Assembly (NCBI GenBank): GCA_018651745.1
Contig: JABIDL010000030.1
Location: 3,032-27,031, forward strand
From: Fidelibacterota bacterium
GTDB lineage: Bacteria > Fidelibacterota > Marinisomatia > Marinisomatales > TCS55
DNA length: 24,000 nucleotides
Direction: 5' to 3'
The position numbers and the translations under genes are program-made. This document shows positions 1 through 8,279 of the stretch, one piece after another (position 1 is the stretch's first letter; every line of letters starts with the position of its first letter). The notes under the pieces are model-generated. The model saw only the letters and a list, made by a program, of their open reading frames with translations, was not told the DNA's origin and ran no database searches.

Positions 1-1
1 T

Positions 2-544
2 GAAACATTGGCACTGTTCGGATTTGGTTTAGATTCTTTTGTGGAAGTGATTTCCGGTATTGGAATATGGCACATGGTTTTGCGGATCCGGAAGAGTGAA
101 GATGAACATCAAGGACATTTTGAGAAAACGGCTCTCAAAATCACCGGATCGGCATTTTATATATTATCCGCAGGATTAATAATTTCATCAATATATAATT
201 TGATAACTGGTGCTCAACCCCAAACTACATTTTGGGGAGTTATCATAGCTGGCTTGTCTCTTGGTGGGATGTGGTGGCTCATCCGGGAAAAATTAAAAGT
301 GGGCAAAGCACTGCAATCGGATGCCATCATTGCCGATGCGAATTGCACCAAAGCTTGTATGCAATTGTCCTTTGTTTTATTGGTTTCCAGTTTGGGCTAT
401 GAATTATTTGGAATCGGAAGCATTGATGCTGTGGGCTCTCTAATTATTGCAGGGTTTGCATTTCGAGAGGGAAAAGAATCTCTTGAAAAAGCAGATGGTA
501 AAGGAGAATGCAGTGATTGTGAACAATCTTCAAAACCAATGTGA
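2..544 (+). CDS. Multi-pass membrane protein resembling short cation-transporter (CDF-like) family; 5' end truncated by the window edge
   Basis: The frame is open from position 2 (gaa aca ttg...), so the TTG at 8 is probably internal. Several hydrophobic helices are present, with an FGFGLDSFVEVISG motif and an acidic/Cys C-terminus (GKGECSDCEQ). TGA stop at 542-544. Family assignment is from motif recall only. Confidence 0.45.
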   Translation, partial: ETLALFGFGLDSFVEVISGIGIWHMVLRIRKSEDEHQGHFEKTALKITGSAFYILSAGLIISSIYNLITGAQPQTTFWGVIIAGLSLGGMWWLIREKLKVGKALQSDAIIADANCTKACMQLSFVLLVSSLGYELFGIGSIDAVGSLIIAGFAFREGKESLEKADGKGECSDCEQSSKPM

Positions 545-603
545 CTAAACCAGAGAATATAGAAATTAGTCAGGTCTATCTCTGTTGGGCATTATATTAA
601 GCC

Positions 604-1137
604 ATGTTTCTTCCGTCACATATTGCATCAGGATACATTTTGGGGAACGCTTTGAGCTGCAAAAATCCCACTTGGACAGATGGTCCGTTTTTGTCGGTTT
701 TACTCTTTTCTTCCATCCTTCCGGATGTGGATGGAATTTGGTCAAATACCGTGGCGGGGCATCATTCGTTTCTTCATACACCCATTTTTTGGATATTCCT
801 TTTTATAGGAATGACGGGCTTGGGGTCGATTTCAAACATCCGCTGGATGAAACCCGTTTCTCTTGGAATTGTTCTGGGTGCGATGCTGCATCTTTTCACA
901 GATTGGATTACGGCGCGAACGGTTGGGATTCAGTGGTTATATCCGTTTAATATGACCAATTTTGATGTTTATTCTGTTCAGCCCGAAAAAGGACAAATCC
1001 CGGTTTGGGATATGATTCGCGATCCGTATTTTTCGTTTTACATTGAGAACAAAGTATTGCTTTGGTTTGAAATTGGCATGAATGGACTTGCCTTAATCTT
1101 ATTTGGGAAAAATAAATTACAGGGAAATCGAGTATGA
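604..1137 (+). CDS. Membrane-bound metal-dependent hydrolase, YdjM/DUF457-like
   Basis: 177 aa and hydrophobic, with the characteristic His/Asp motifs SH, LPDVD, HHSFLHTP and HLFTDW spaced as in YdjM-type proteins. The stop overlaps the next ATG as ATGA (1134-1137). Confidence 0.7.
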   Translation: MFLPSHIASGYILGNALSCKNPTWTDGPFLSVLLFSSILPDVDGIWSNTVAGHHSFLHTPIFWIFLFIGMTGLGSISNIRWMKPVSLGIVLGAMLHLFTDWITARTVGIQWLYPFNMTNFDVYSVQPEKGQIPVWDMIRDPYFSFYIENKVLLWFEIGMNGLALILFGKNKLQGNRV

Positions 1138-2123
1138 AATCTATTCTGCAAATTCTGACACCGATATTTTTGTCAACTTTGTTGTGGGGTCAATGACCTC
1201 TCTGAACGAATCCAAGCCTCCCGGTCGGGACGGCCAATTCTGGTGTTGGATTAGATAAAGGTGATCTTATCGTGGGGGCGAATATGATGGTTCAAAATAT
1301 CGAGTGGTGGCATAGTGAGTTAATAGAATCCGGTGGAGACCACGAAGGGAATCTGAAATCAAGCTTGGCAGAAGTAAATGCAACCTATGGGATTTCTGAT
1401 AACTGGAACCTGAGTGTGGATGTTATGACGGGAAACAGATCCATGGATTTTTATCCTGACGCGAATATTCATCACCGCGATGAAAACAAAATGGGCATCG
1501 GTGATACGAGAATTACGCTTCGCTATTTGATAGAAAATACAACATTTGGCCCCGGTCAGCGGGTTTTTATTGGAGGCGGATTAGTTATTCCTTCAAAGAA
1601 TTCATTGACTGAAAATCCATTTAAACTTGGGGAATCCGGAGAGACACACACACATTTTGATTTGAGCGAAGGCGTGGTTAAAGCGCATACAGAATTCCAA
1701 TATTTCAGGCGATCAGAAGGATCCATTTTTCCGGGAGGCGTTTTGAAAGTGGAAATACCGTTAGAAACGAATCAATACGGTTTCAAAGCGGGAATCCAAT
1801 TATCCGGTGCGATTCTGGTTTATTTTCACACCCAATCTTTTTGGAGTGGGATTCCATTTTTACATATGCTGGGTCAGTATCGAAACCCAGATATTTGGGA
1901 TGGAGAAGAAGCACCGAATTCAGGGGGAAGTGTACTGCAAATTGGCGGAGGCTTAACCTTTTCGAAGAACGGATATCTATTAACTGGATCGGCTCGTGTA
2001 CCGATATATTTTAATGCAAGTGTGGCAGGCCAAGAAGAAAAAGATGTATCAAATAGAACGGATGTTTGGGGAGGATCCTTAAGTATTAGAAAAACAATTA
2101 ATCTGTTTAAATTTGAGGACTAA
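1134..2123 (+). CDS. Outer-membrane beta-barrel transporter-like protein (Phenol_MetA_deg-like). It is full length only if the in-frame TGA codons at 1194 and 1203 are decoded (candidate Sec-x-x-Sec); otherwise it is a pseudogene or a signal-less fragment at 1272..2123
   Basis: ATG 1134 encodes the signal peptide MKSILQILTPIFLSTLLWGQ in the same frame as ORF 1272..2123. The only interruptions are TGA 1194-1196 and TGA 1203-1205. The downstream part has alternating beta-strand character, a GIGDTRITLRYLI motif and a C-terminal aromatic (LFKFED). The barrel ORF alone lacks any export signal. Confidence 0.5.
1216..1234 (+). promoter_or_regulatory. SECIS-like stem-loop (GCC-U-CCC-[GGUC]-GGG-AC-GGC) downstream of the two in-frame UGA codons
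   Basis: Hand-folded: 1216-1218 pair with 1232-1234, and 1220-1222 pair with 1227-1229, leaving the apical loop GGUC at 1223-1226. The hairpin starts 10 nt after the second UGA. The loop G lies about 20 and 29 nt from the two UGAs. A possible lower stem is UCCAA (1211-1215) with UUGGA (1246-1250). Confidence 0.35.
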
Positions 2124-2127
2124 AACC

Positions 2128-2487
2128 ATGAATATAATGAAAGGAAACAACATGAAAAAATCACTCATTCTAATCGCCGGAGCAGCAATGATTATTGCAG
2201 CATGTGGCGGAGAAAATAAAACAGCAGATGTGGCACTTAGCACAATTCAATGCGGAATGTGCACATCTACAATCGAGAATGCTTTATCTGATGTCAAAGG
2301 TGTAGTAAGTATCAAAATCGATGAAGAAAAGAAAGTTGGGAAAGTTGTGTATCAGGCAGGAGTTGTTGATTTGGCAGCAATTGAAAATGCGATAGCAGCT
2401 GTTGGTTACAATGCCAACGATACCAAAGCCGACCCAAAAGCATATTCCGAACTTGCAATGTGCTGTAAAGTCCCTGGCAAGGAGTAA
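2128..2487 (+). CDS. Heavy-metal-associated (HMA) domain lipoprotein, CopZ/MerP-like periplasmic metal chaperone
   Basis: Signal peptide plus lipobox (LILIAGAAMIIAAC), then an HMA fold signature with CGMC (IQCGMCTSTIENALSDVKGV) and an extra C-terminal Cys pair (AMCCKVPG). ATG 2128 has GAGGA 8 nt upstream. ATG 2152 is an alternative start. The track's TTG at 2113 is unlikely. Confidence 0.8.
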   Translation: MNIMKGNNMKKSLILIAGAAMIIAACGGENKTADVALSTIQCGMCTSTIENALSDVKGVVSIKIDEEKKVGKVVYQAGVVDLAAIENAIAAVGYNANDTKADPKAYSELAMCCKVPGKE

Positions 2488-2523
2488 ACCATTTTAAGAA
2501 CAATGAATCGGGGTTGACGCTTT

Positions 2524-3690
2524 ATGCTAATCCCGTTTTTGTTTACTTTTTTATTTGCAGGACGCTTTACGGATCCACCTGTTGGCGTTGGTAGCCGCTA
2601 CCCCAATATCACCGAAACTGATCGCGGATTTACCCTTTGTTGGTTTGAACCGGTAGGAAAAAAATTCAGCCTAAAAATGTCTGAATTTGACGGAAACTAT
2701 TGGACTAATCCGGTTACAATTACTATGGGCGAGAACTATTTTATAAACTGGGCAGATTTCCCCTCAATTTATTATTTAAATGATAATCGGTTTGCCGCAC
2801 ACTGGCCCCAAAAGAGCGGAACCGGTCCGTATGATTATGATGTGAAAGTTTCGCAGTCATTCGACCGCGGAAAAACATGGACAACCTCTGTGACGCCGCA
2901 CCGCGATAAGAAATCCGGCGAACATGGTTTCGTTTCGTTCTTCACCAATTCCAAAGGTGGCCTTGCGTTGGCTTGGCTGGATGGCCGGAATATGTCCGAT
3001 GGACATGGCGGAGGAGATTACGGAGCTATGAATTTGTTCACAACCACTCTGGATCTGGATGGGAATCTTGGACCCGAAATAATGCTGGATGATAAAGTTT
3101 GTGAATGCTGCCCGACATCGGCGGTTAATACCGAAGATGGTGTATTGGTGGCATACAGAGATCGTTCCGAAACTGAAATCCGCAACATAAATGTGGTAAG
3201 ATTAACCGAATCATCTTGGACAGAACCCGAGCCACTTCACAATGATAATTGGAAAATTTCCGGTTGCCCGGTGAACGGACCGAAGCTTGCGGCTAACAGT
3301 AAAAATATTGCAGCTATATGGTTCACGTCACCCAATGAAACACCACAAGTTCTGTTTTCTTTATCCAAAGATTTGGGGGAATCCTTTAATGATCCTGTAA
3401 GATTAGACAGCGGAATGCCGATTGGCAGGACCGACCTCATTTGGCTAGACGGACGAAAGGTTCTGGCAAGCTGGATGGAATACGGGGAAGACAATACACA
3501 CATTATTTTTAGGACAATATCCATTGATGGGCGGTTAGGGAAACCGTTTATTGCAGCAGAAATTGACGCCGGTAGGGCCAGCGGTTACCCGGTGATTACT
3601 CGTATCGGAAGAAAGATTTTCTTGGCATGGACGAGCAGCGGCGAATCCGGGAAAGTGGAATCGAAATGGGTTCCGGTTTCAAAATTTTGA
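2524..3690 (+). CDS. BNR/Asp-box repeat, sialidase-fold (beta-propeller) protein with Cys cluster
   Basis: Asp-box motifs SQSFDRGKTW and SLSKDLGESF. Repeated W/D-rich propeller-like segments (NWADFPS, LAWLDGR, LIWLDGR, LAWTSSG). Unusual VCECCPTS and SGCPVNGP motifs. Hydrophobic N-terminus. Confidence 0.6.
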   Translation: MLIPFLFTFLFAGRFTDPPVGVGSRYPNITETDRGFTLCWFEPVGKKFSLKMSEFDGNYWTNPVTITMGENYFINWADFPSIYYLNDNRFAAHWPQKSGTGPYDYDVKVSQSFDRGKTWTTSVTPHRDKKSGEHGFVSFFTNSKGGLALAWLDGRNMSDGHGGGDYGAMNLFTTTLDLDGNLGPEIMLDDKVCECCPTSAVNTEDGVLVAYRDRSETEIRNINVVRLTESSWTEPEPLHNDNWKISGCPVNGPKLAANSKNIAAIWFTSPNETPQVLFSLSKDLGESFNDPVRLDSGMPIGRTDLIWLDGRKVLASWMEYGEDNTHIIFRTISIDGRLGKPFIAAEIDAGRASGYPVITRIGRKIFLAWTSSGESGKVESKWVPVSKF

Positions 3691-3765
3691 TCTATTCAAT
3701 TCTAATTTTTCCATTTAAAAACCCCTTTTTCTAATTTGATGATTGTGTAAATTCATTTTCATATT

Positions 3766-5367
3766 ATGAAGCAACTCATCACAGTCTGGCTCATCCGAAT
3801 CTTAACCGCAACCATTTTCATCGGAGGCGTTTTACCGGTTTTAACTACACCGGTTTCTGCCCAAGAATCCAATAAGAAGAAAAAGAAAAAAAGCCGAAAA
3901 AAACCTTCTAAGAAAAAATCATCTAAGAAGAAAAAGAAATCCTCTAAAAAAAAGAAGCGAGGAAAGGCTAAAAAGAAACGTAAAAAAAGACCCACAAAAA
4001 AGAATAAAGCAAAACGTAAAACCAAAAAATCGAGTAGTTCAAAATCAACCGTGGCAGACCGGTCACGTCCACCTAAGATGAATGTGACAGAATTTGCCGA
4101 TGAGTTATACACCATTACTGAGGCACTGAATGTCAGTTCAGATCAATTATCCCGAGCAACGTCTTATCTTAAAGAGCCGGATCAAAAGCGCCTTGTTAGG
4201 CTGGATTCGAGGGAAGCATTTACGACAACGGACTATGAAAAAGCAGCAGATAATGCACCTCAAAATATCCGCCTTCAAAGACAACTCGGTTTGCATTATG
4301 AATCGGTTCAGGAATTCGAAAAGGCAAAAGATGTGTATTTCCGGCTTTTGACTAAAGAACCCCAGAATTCGGATTATCATTACTTTTTAGGTTCCCTTTA
4401 TGCTAAAGTTGGCGCTATTGGGAAGGCACAGCATTCATTCGAAGAAGCCTTAGATCTCCAACCTGATCATTATCAAACGTTAAATGCGATGGCATCTTTT
4501 TTAGGTTCGCCCCGTGAAAAAAATATGAGCAATGAAGTATTATCTCGATCTGCAGTAAAAAACCCGGATGGTCCGGCTCAGCAAATGACATCCATCCAAA
4601 ATAAATTGAACTCGGGAGAAGCCCAAAAGGCAATTATGTTGGCAAAATCTGCTTCTGAAGAGCATCCTAACCACAGTGGATTTATATTTCTGCAAGGCAA
4701 GGGATATGAAGATCTTGGCGAAATTGATCAATCTAAAGCGTCTTACCAAAAAGCAATCCACATGGATCCAAAAAATAAGGAATCCCATATGGCACTTGCG
4801 AACTTGTACTACAACCAAGGAAAATATGTGTATTCTGCATTGGGTTATAGTGATGTAGTCTATCTCGATCCGTATAATGTTGATGCCCGATACATGCAAG
4901 GGCTCAGTTATTACAACGCATCCGAATGGGGAAGAGCCGCCAATGCTTGGGAAGATCTTTTGCATTATGATCCACAGCATCCGTTGGTCCGCATGTTGTT
5001 GCCCCAAGCATATTATGTATTGGCAGTGGAATACAACCGAATCGGAAAATCGGCACAAGGACGCTCGGCATTTGAAAAAGCAATGAGCATTAATTCTAAC
5101 ACGAGATCTTGGCTTTCGGGTGCGATGCGAACCTTGGGGAAAACGTATCGGGAGCGAGGAATGTATAAAGAATCGCTGGCCGCTTTTCAGGAAGTGATCG
5201 AACTAAAACCAGCCGATTCAAATGCATACCTTGGCATGGGTGTAACCTATTGGAAAATGCAAGAAACTCAACTAGCAAAAGCTGCATGGAATCGCAGTCT
5301 GGAATTAAGCCCGGATGACAATGAAGCAAAGGGTTGGTTGTTCATTGCACATCAAGCTGGTTCTTGA
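3766..5367 (+). CDS. TPR-repeat protein with N-terminal hydrophobic segment and extreme poly-Lys/Arg linker
   Basis: 533 aa. N-terminal MKQLITVWLIRILTATIFIGGVLPVLTTPVSAQ, then a K/R-rich tract at residues 37-88, then multiple 34-aa TPR-like units (e.g. YHYFLGSLYAKVGAIGKAQHSFEEALDLQPDH and AYLGMGVTYWKMQETQLAKAAWNRSLELSPDD). Confidence 0.75.
   Translation: MKQLITVWLIRILTATIFIGGVLPVLTTPVSAQESNKKKKKKSRKKPSKKKSSKKKKKSSKKKKRGKAKKKRKKRPTKKNKAKRKTKKSSSSKSTVADRSRPPKMNVTEFADELYTITEALNVSSDQLSRATSYLKEPDQKRLVRLDSREAFTTTDYEKAADNAPQNIRLQRQLGLHYESVQEFEKAKDVYFRLLTKEPQNSDYHYFLGSLYAKVGAIGKAQHSFEEALDLQPDHYQTLNAMASFLGSPREKNMSNEVLSRSAVKNPDGPAQQMTSIQNKLNSGEAQKAIMLAKSASEEHPNHSGFIFLQGKGYEDLGEIDQSKASYQKAIHMDPKNKESHMALANLYYNQGKYVYSALGYSDVVYLDPYNVDARYMQGLSYYNASEWGRAANAWEDLLHYDPQHPLVRMLLPQAYYVLAVEYNRIGKSAQGRSAFEKAMSINSNTRSWLSGAMRTLGKTYRERGMYKESLAAFQEVIELKPADSNAYLGMGVTYWKMQETQLAKAAWNRSLELSPDDNEAKGWLFIAHQAGS
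3874..4029 (+). repeat. Low-complexity purine-rich coding tract (poly-Lys/Arg with SKKK-like units; several A7-A8 homopolymers)
   Basis: Encodes KKKKKKSRKKPSKKKSSKKKKKSSKKKKRGKAKKKRKKRPTKKNKAKRKTKK, in which 38 of 52 residues are K/R. The DNA is almost pure A/G with runs such as aaaaaaa and aaaaaaaa. Confidence 0.85.
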
Positions 5368-5405
5368 GCACTCGTTTATTTCGTAATATTCCCTTTCTTA
5401 ATTCT

Positions 5406-6524
5406 ATGAGAATGAAACCCATCTTATGTTTGGTTTCGTTTTCTATTCTTTTCTCATCACATCCTGCCGATGATAAAGTCCATGAAGGCGTTCGAGCTTT
5501 TTATAATTATGAATATGATCAAGCTGTATCGATATTAACTGATGTAAGTTTTGAACATCCTGATCATCCCGGAATTTTTCTTATTTTGCCTGCTGCAAGA
5601 TGGGTGCTGGCGCAGGCGCATAGTAGTGTTGAAGTTTCCTATACCGTATTAGAGCATGACTTAAATGAAGCGTTGTTTATCTATAAAGATCTGATAAAGG
5701 ATAATCCGGACAATCAGGAATATCGTCTTTACTATGGTTCTGCTCTGGGCTTAAAGGCAAGGGTAAATCTTGGGAAAAAGGAATGGGTCAAAACGCTTTC
5801 AAATGCTTACAAAGGCTTCCGCATCATTCAAGATGTGGCGGAGAAAGATTCCTCCCTTGTTGACGCCAATCTCCCAATCGGTATTGTGGAATATTATGCC
5901 GGCATGAGCAATGGACTGATTCAGTTTGCCGCCGGATTGTTTGGGCTGGATGCCTCACGCGAAGTTGGACTCTTGAAAATTCGTAAGGCGGTCGAAGCAG
6001 GTTCTTGGTCATGGACTGAAGCAAGTGCGATTCTTTCTTTTATCTATTTATGGTCTGACAGAAATCCGGACGAGGCTGAAAATTTCAGCCGAAAACTGGT
6101 GGAAACATATCCGCAAAATTTTTATTACCGAATTTTGTTAACCGAAAGTTTAACTCGCAATGGGAAATTGGAAGATGCTAAAAAATCGCTGCTAATTTTG
6201 GATAATTCGATTGGAAGTCTAACGGAAATTCAGCAAAAATGGTTTTATGGATATCTTCAATTCGAATGGGCACTGTATCATTTCTATTCCGAGAATCAGG
6301 AAGTCTCAATGCGCTATGTGAAACAAACCATTTCCTCTTACGGAGCGGAATTGGATATCATTCTGGGCGAAGCGTTTTTATTGAATGGAAAATTACTCGA
6401 CTTAAAAGGAGAGCGAAATGAAGCGGTGTTATCCTACCGGCGATGCAAAGAATTGGATAACATGTCGCAAGCAATGCGTGATGCAAAAGAGTTTCTTAAA
6501 AAACCATTTTCTCTACCGAAGTGA
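5406..6524 (+). CDS. Secreted TPR-like/helical-repeat protein
   Basis: ATG 5406 gives the signal-like N-terminus MRMKPILCLVSFSILFSSHPADD. The track's extension from 5334 overlaps the previous gene. Helical repeat character runs throughout (YNYEYDQAVSIL, YRILLTESLTRNGKLEDAKKSL, GKLLDLKGERNEAVLSYRRCKELD). Confidence 0.6.
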   Translation: MRMKPILCLVSFSILFSSHPADDKVHEGVRAFYNYEYDQAVSILTDVSFEHPDHPGIFLILPAARWVLAQAHSSVEVSYTVLEHDLNEALFIYKDLIKDNPDNQEYRLYYGSALGLKARVNLGKKEWVKTLSNAYKGFRIIQDVAEKDSSLVDANLPIGIVEYYAGMSNGLIQFAAGLFGLDASREVGLLKIRKAVEAGSWSWTEASAILSFIYLWSDRNPDEAENFSRKLVETYPQNFYYRILLTESLTRNGKLEDAKKSLLILDNSIGSLTEIQQKWFYGYLQFEWALYHFYSENQEVSMRYVKQTISSYGAELDIILGEAFLLNGKLLDLKGERNEAVLSYRRCKELDNMSQAMRDAKEFLKKPFSLPK

Positions 6525-6562
6525 TTGGATGTTGTGTTTCCTCACCGGTAAATTTGTAGTCT

Positions 6563-7648
6563 ATGATTGAACGGCATGAAACACGAAAAGTAATGGTTGG
6601 CGATGTTGCAATCGGAGGCGGCGCGGCAATTCCGGTGCAATCCATGACCACTACCAAAACGCATGACATCAAGGCGACGCTAAAGGAAGTGGAACGCTTG
6701 GAAGAAGCGGACTGCCAAATTATCCGTATCACAGTTCCCGATGAAAAAGCAGCCAAGGCGCTACCGGAAATCAAAAAACACATGACGGTTCCGTTGGTGG
6801 CAGACATTCATTTCAATTATCGCATGGCGCTCGAAGCCGTGGATGCAGGCGCTGATAAGATCCGCATCAATCCCGGAAATATCGGCGGAAAGGCGCGCGT
6901 GAAGGAAGTGCTGGAAAAAGTGAAAGGCGCGAACCTACCAATCCGCATCGGCGTAAATGCCGGAAGTTTGGAACGGGATTTAATAAAAAAATACGGATTT
7001 CCAACCGCGGAGGCGATGGTGGAAAGTGCACGCCGGCACATTAACATTTGTAAAGAGCACGATTTTGAGGAGATTATTGTTTCCCTAAAAGCATCGGACG
7101 TAAATCTCATGATTGATTCCTACCGCCTGTTCGCCGAAGAATTTGATTTTCCCACGCATCTCGGCGTTACCGAAGCAGGGCCGACCAAGGCAGGCAGCAT
7201 CAAATCCGCTGTTGGCCTCGGAACACTCTTAAAGGAAGGCATCGGAGACACGATCCGGGTGAGCCTTACGGACGATCCGGTGGAAGAAGTGCACTGCGGT
7301 TACGAGATTTTGAAATCGCTTGGGCTCGCAACCAAAGGCGTAACGGTTGTTGCCTGCCCAACCTGCGGACGTTTGGAAGTGGACCTGTTCAAGATCGCCG
7401 GTGACATGGAAGAGCGGTTGAAAAATGTGAAAACGCCGATGTCAATCGCGCTGATGGGTTGCGCGGTGAATGGCCCCGGTGAGGCGGAACATACAGATCT
7501 CGGAATTGCCTTTGGGAAAGGCGCCGGGCATTTGTATTATAAGGGCGAAAACATTGGAAAGGTTAGCGAAGATGCGGCAATGGGAAAATTGGAAGAGCTA
7601 ATTTCTGATTACGAAAAAGAGGTATCTACAAAAGGAGACGAATCATGA
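6563..7648 (+). CDS. ispG: 4-hydroxy-3-methylbut-2-en-1-yl diphosphate synthase (GcpE/IspG), MEP pathway
   Basis: End-to-end family resemblance: RKVMVGDVAIGGGAAIPVQSMT, RITVPD, ADIHFNY, IRINPGNIG, the Fe-S ligand motifs ACPTCGR and GCAVNGPGE, and 361 aa length. Confidence 0.95.
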   Translation: MIERHETRKVMVGDVAIGGGAAIPVQSMTTTKTHDIKATLKEVERLEEADCQIIRITVPDEKAAKALPEIKKHMTVPLVADIHFNYRMALEAVDAGADKIRINPGNIGGKARVKEVLEKVKGANLPIRIGVNAGSLERDLIKKYGFPTAEAMVESARRHINICKEHDFEEIIVSLKASDVNLMIDSYRLFAEEFDFPTHLGVTEAGPTKAGSIKSAVGLGTLLKEGIGDTIRVSLTDDPVEEVHCGYEILKSLGLATKGVTVVACPTCGRLEVDLFKIAGDMEERLKNVKTPMSIALMGCAVNGPGEAEHTDLGIAFGKGAGHLYYKGENIGKVSEDAAMGKLEELISDYEKEVSTKGDES

Positions 7649-8088
7649 AAATATTACTCTCATTATTATTCATCACATCGTTTGCATTCCCTCAGGATGA
7701 AGCAAATCCGAATACCATTTCCCCGGCAGTGGCTTACTGGAAAACACTGACACCGGGCGAAAAGGAACTGTATTTATTTTCGTACCTCACGCAGGTGTAT
7801 GAAACGCACCAGGACTTGATCAAAAAACGTGGCTACGATGAAATAACAACCTGGTATTACGAGAACCGTGCAGAATTAATTTATGGCATTTTTGACAAAC
7901 TCGAAGAGGAGGAAATCAGTCGATTTGTAACTTGGATTGACGAATATTACAGCCATGAAGAATATATAAATCGTCCATTCTATGAAGCGATGTCCTTTGC
8001 TTTTCGGTTTCAAAAAGCATCAGGAGAGACCCTTTGGGATAAGTACGAAAATATGAAATTTGATACAATAAAACCGGATAACGACTGA
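7645..8088 (+). CDS. Hypothetical secreted protein
   Basis: ATGA overlap with the ispG stop. Signal peptide MKILLSLLFITSFAFPQ. A 147-aa Tyr/Glu-rich body with no recognisable motif. Confidence 0.55.
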   Translation: MKILLSLLFITSFAFPQDEANPNTISPAVAYWKTLTPGEKELYLFSYLTQVYETHQDLIKKRGYDEITTWYYENRAELIYGIFDKLEEEEISRFVTWIDEYYSHEEYINRPFYEAMSFAFRFQKASGETLWDKYENMKFDTIKPDND

Positions 8089-8279
8089 TGTCATTTTACC
8101 GGCCGCGTTTCCTCAAGGAATGGAATTTCATTCGGCAGGAAGGCGGATATAGACTTCTTTTCAAGAAAAAGGGTTGGGTGGTTTTTTTTGCCTTTTGCAC
8201 ATTTTATCTTATTCGAGATTCAATTTTATATTTGCTGATTCCTTATCTTGCTTTCAAAGGAATTATTACCTGTAATTAA
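8088..8279 (+). CDS. Hypothetical small membrane protein (63 aa)
   Basis: TGATG overlap with the upstream stop. Basic N-terminus followed by a hydrophobic stretch (GWVVFFAFCTFYLIRDSILYLLIPYLAF). It ends 1 nt before the comM ATG. Support is packing and ORF integrity only. Confidence 0.4.
   Translation: MSFYRPRFLKEWNFIRQEGGYRLLFKKKGWVVFFAFCTFYLIRDSILYLLIPYLAFKGIITCN

Noticed and set aside
585-950. 121-aa + strand ORF overlapping the YdjM-like gene in another frame, plus the 566-781 minus ORF
   Set aside because: The 604..1137 frame carries the recognisable His/Asp hydrolase motifs and hydrophobic helices. The alternatives have none.
2503-2526. ATG-AAT-CGG-GGT-TGA-CGC-TTT in frame with the BNR gene start (MNRG-stop-RF-MLIPF...), a possible third readthrough or Sec site
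   Set aside because: Only 4 codons lie upstream, I could find no hairpin downstream, and a Sec in a signal-peptide n-region makes no biochemical sense. It is most likely chance.
3759-4115. 118-aa minus-strand ORF rich in Phe/Leu
   Set aside because: It is the antisense shadow of the purine-rich poly-Lys coding tract. It has no independent start context and lies fully inside the TPR gene.
4540-5058. 172-aa minus-strand ORF, plus similar antisense ORFs at 8360-8812, 6496-6807, 6817-7110, 12475-12807, 14510-14848, 16371-16634, 17748-18068 and others
   Set aside because: All lie entirely within well-supported + strand genes and have compositionally odd, motif-free translations. They are typical shadow ORFs.
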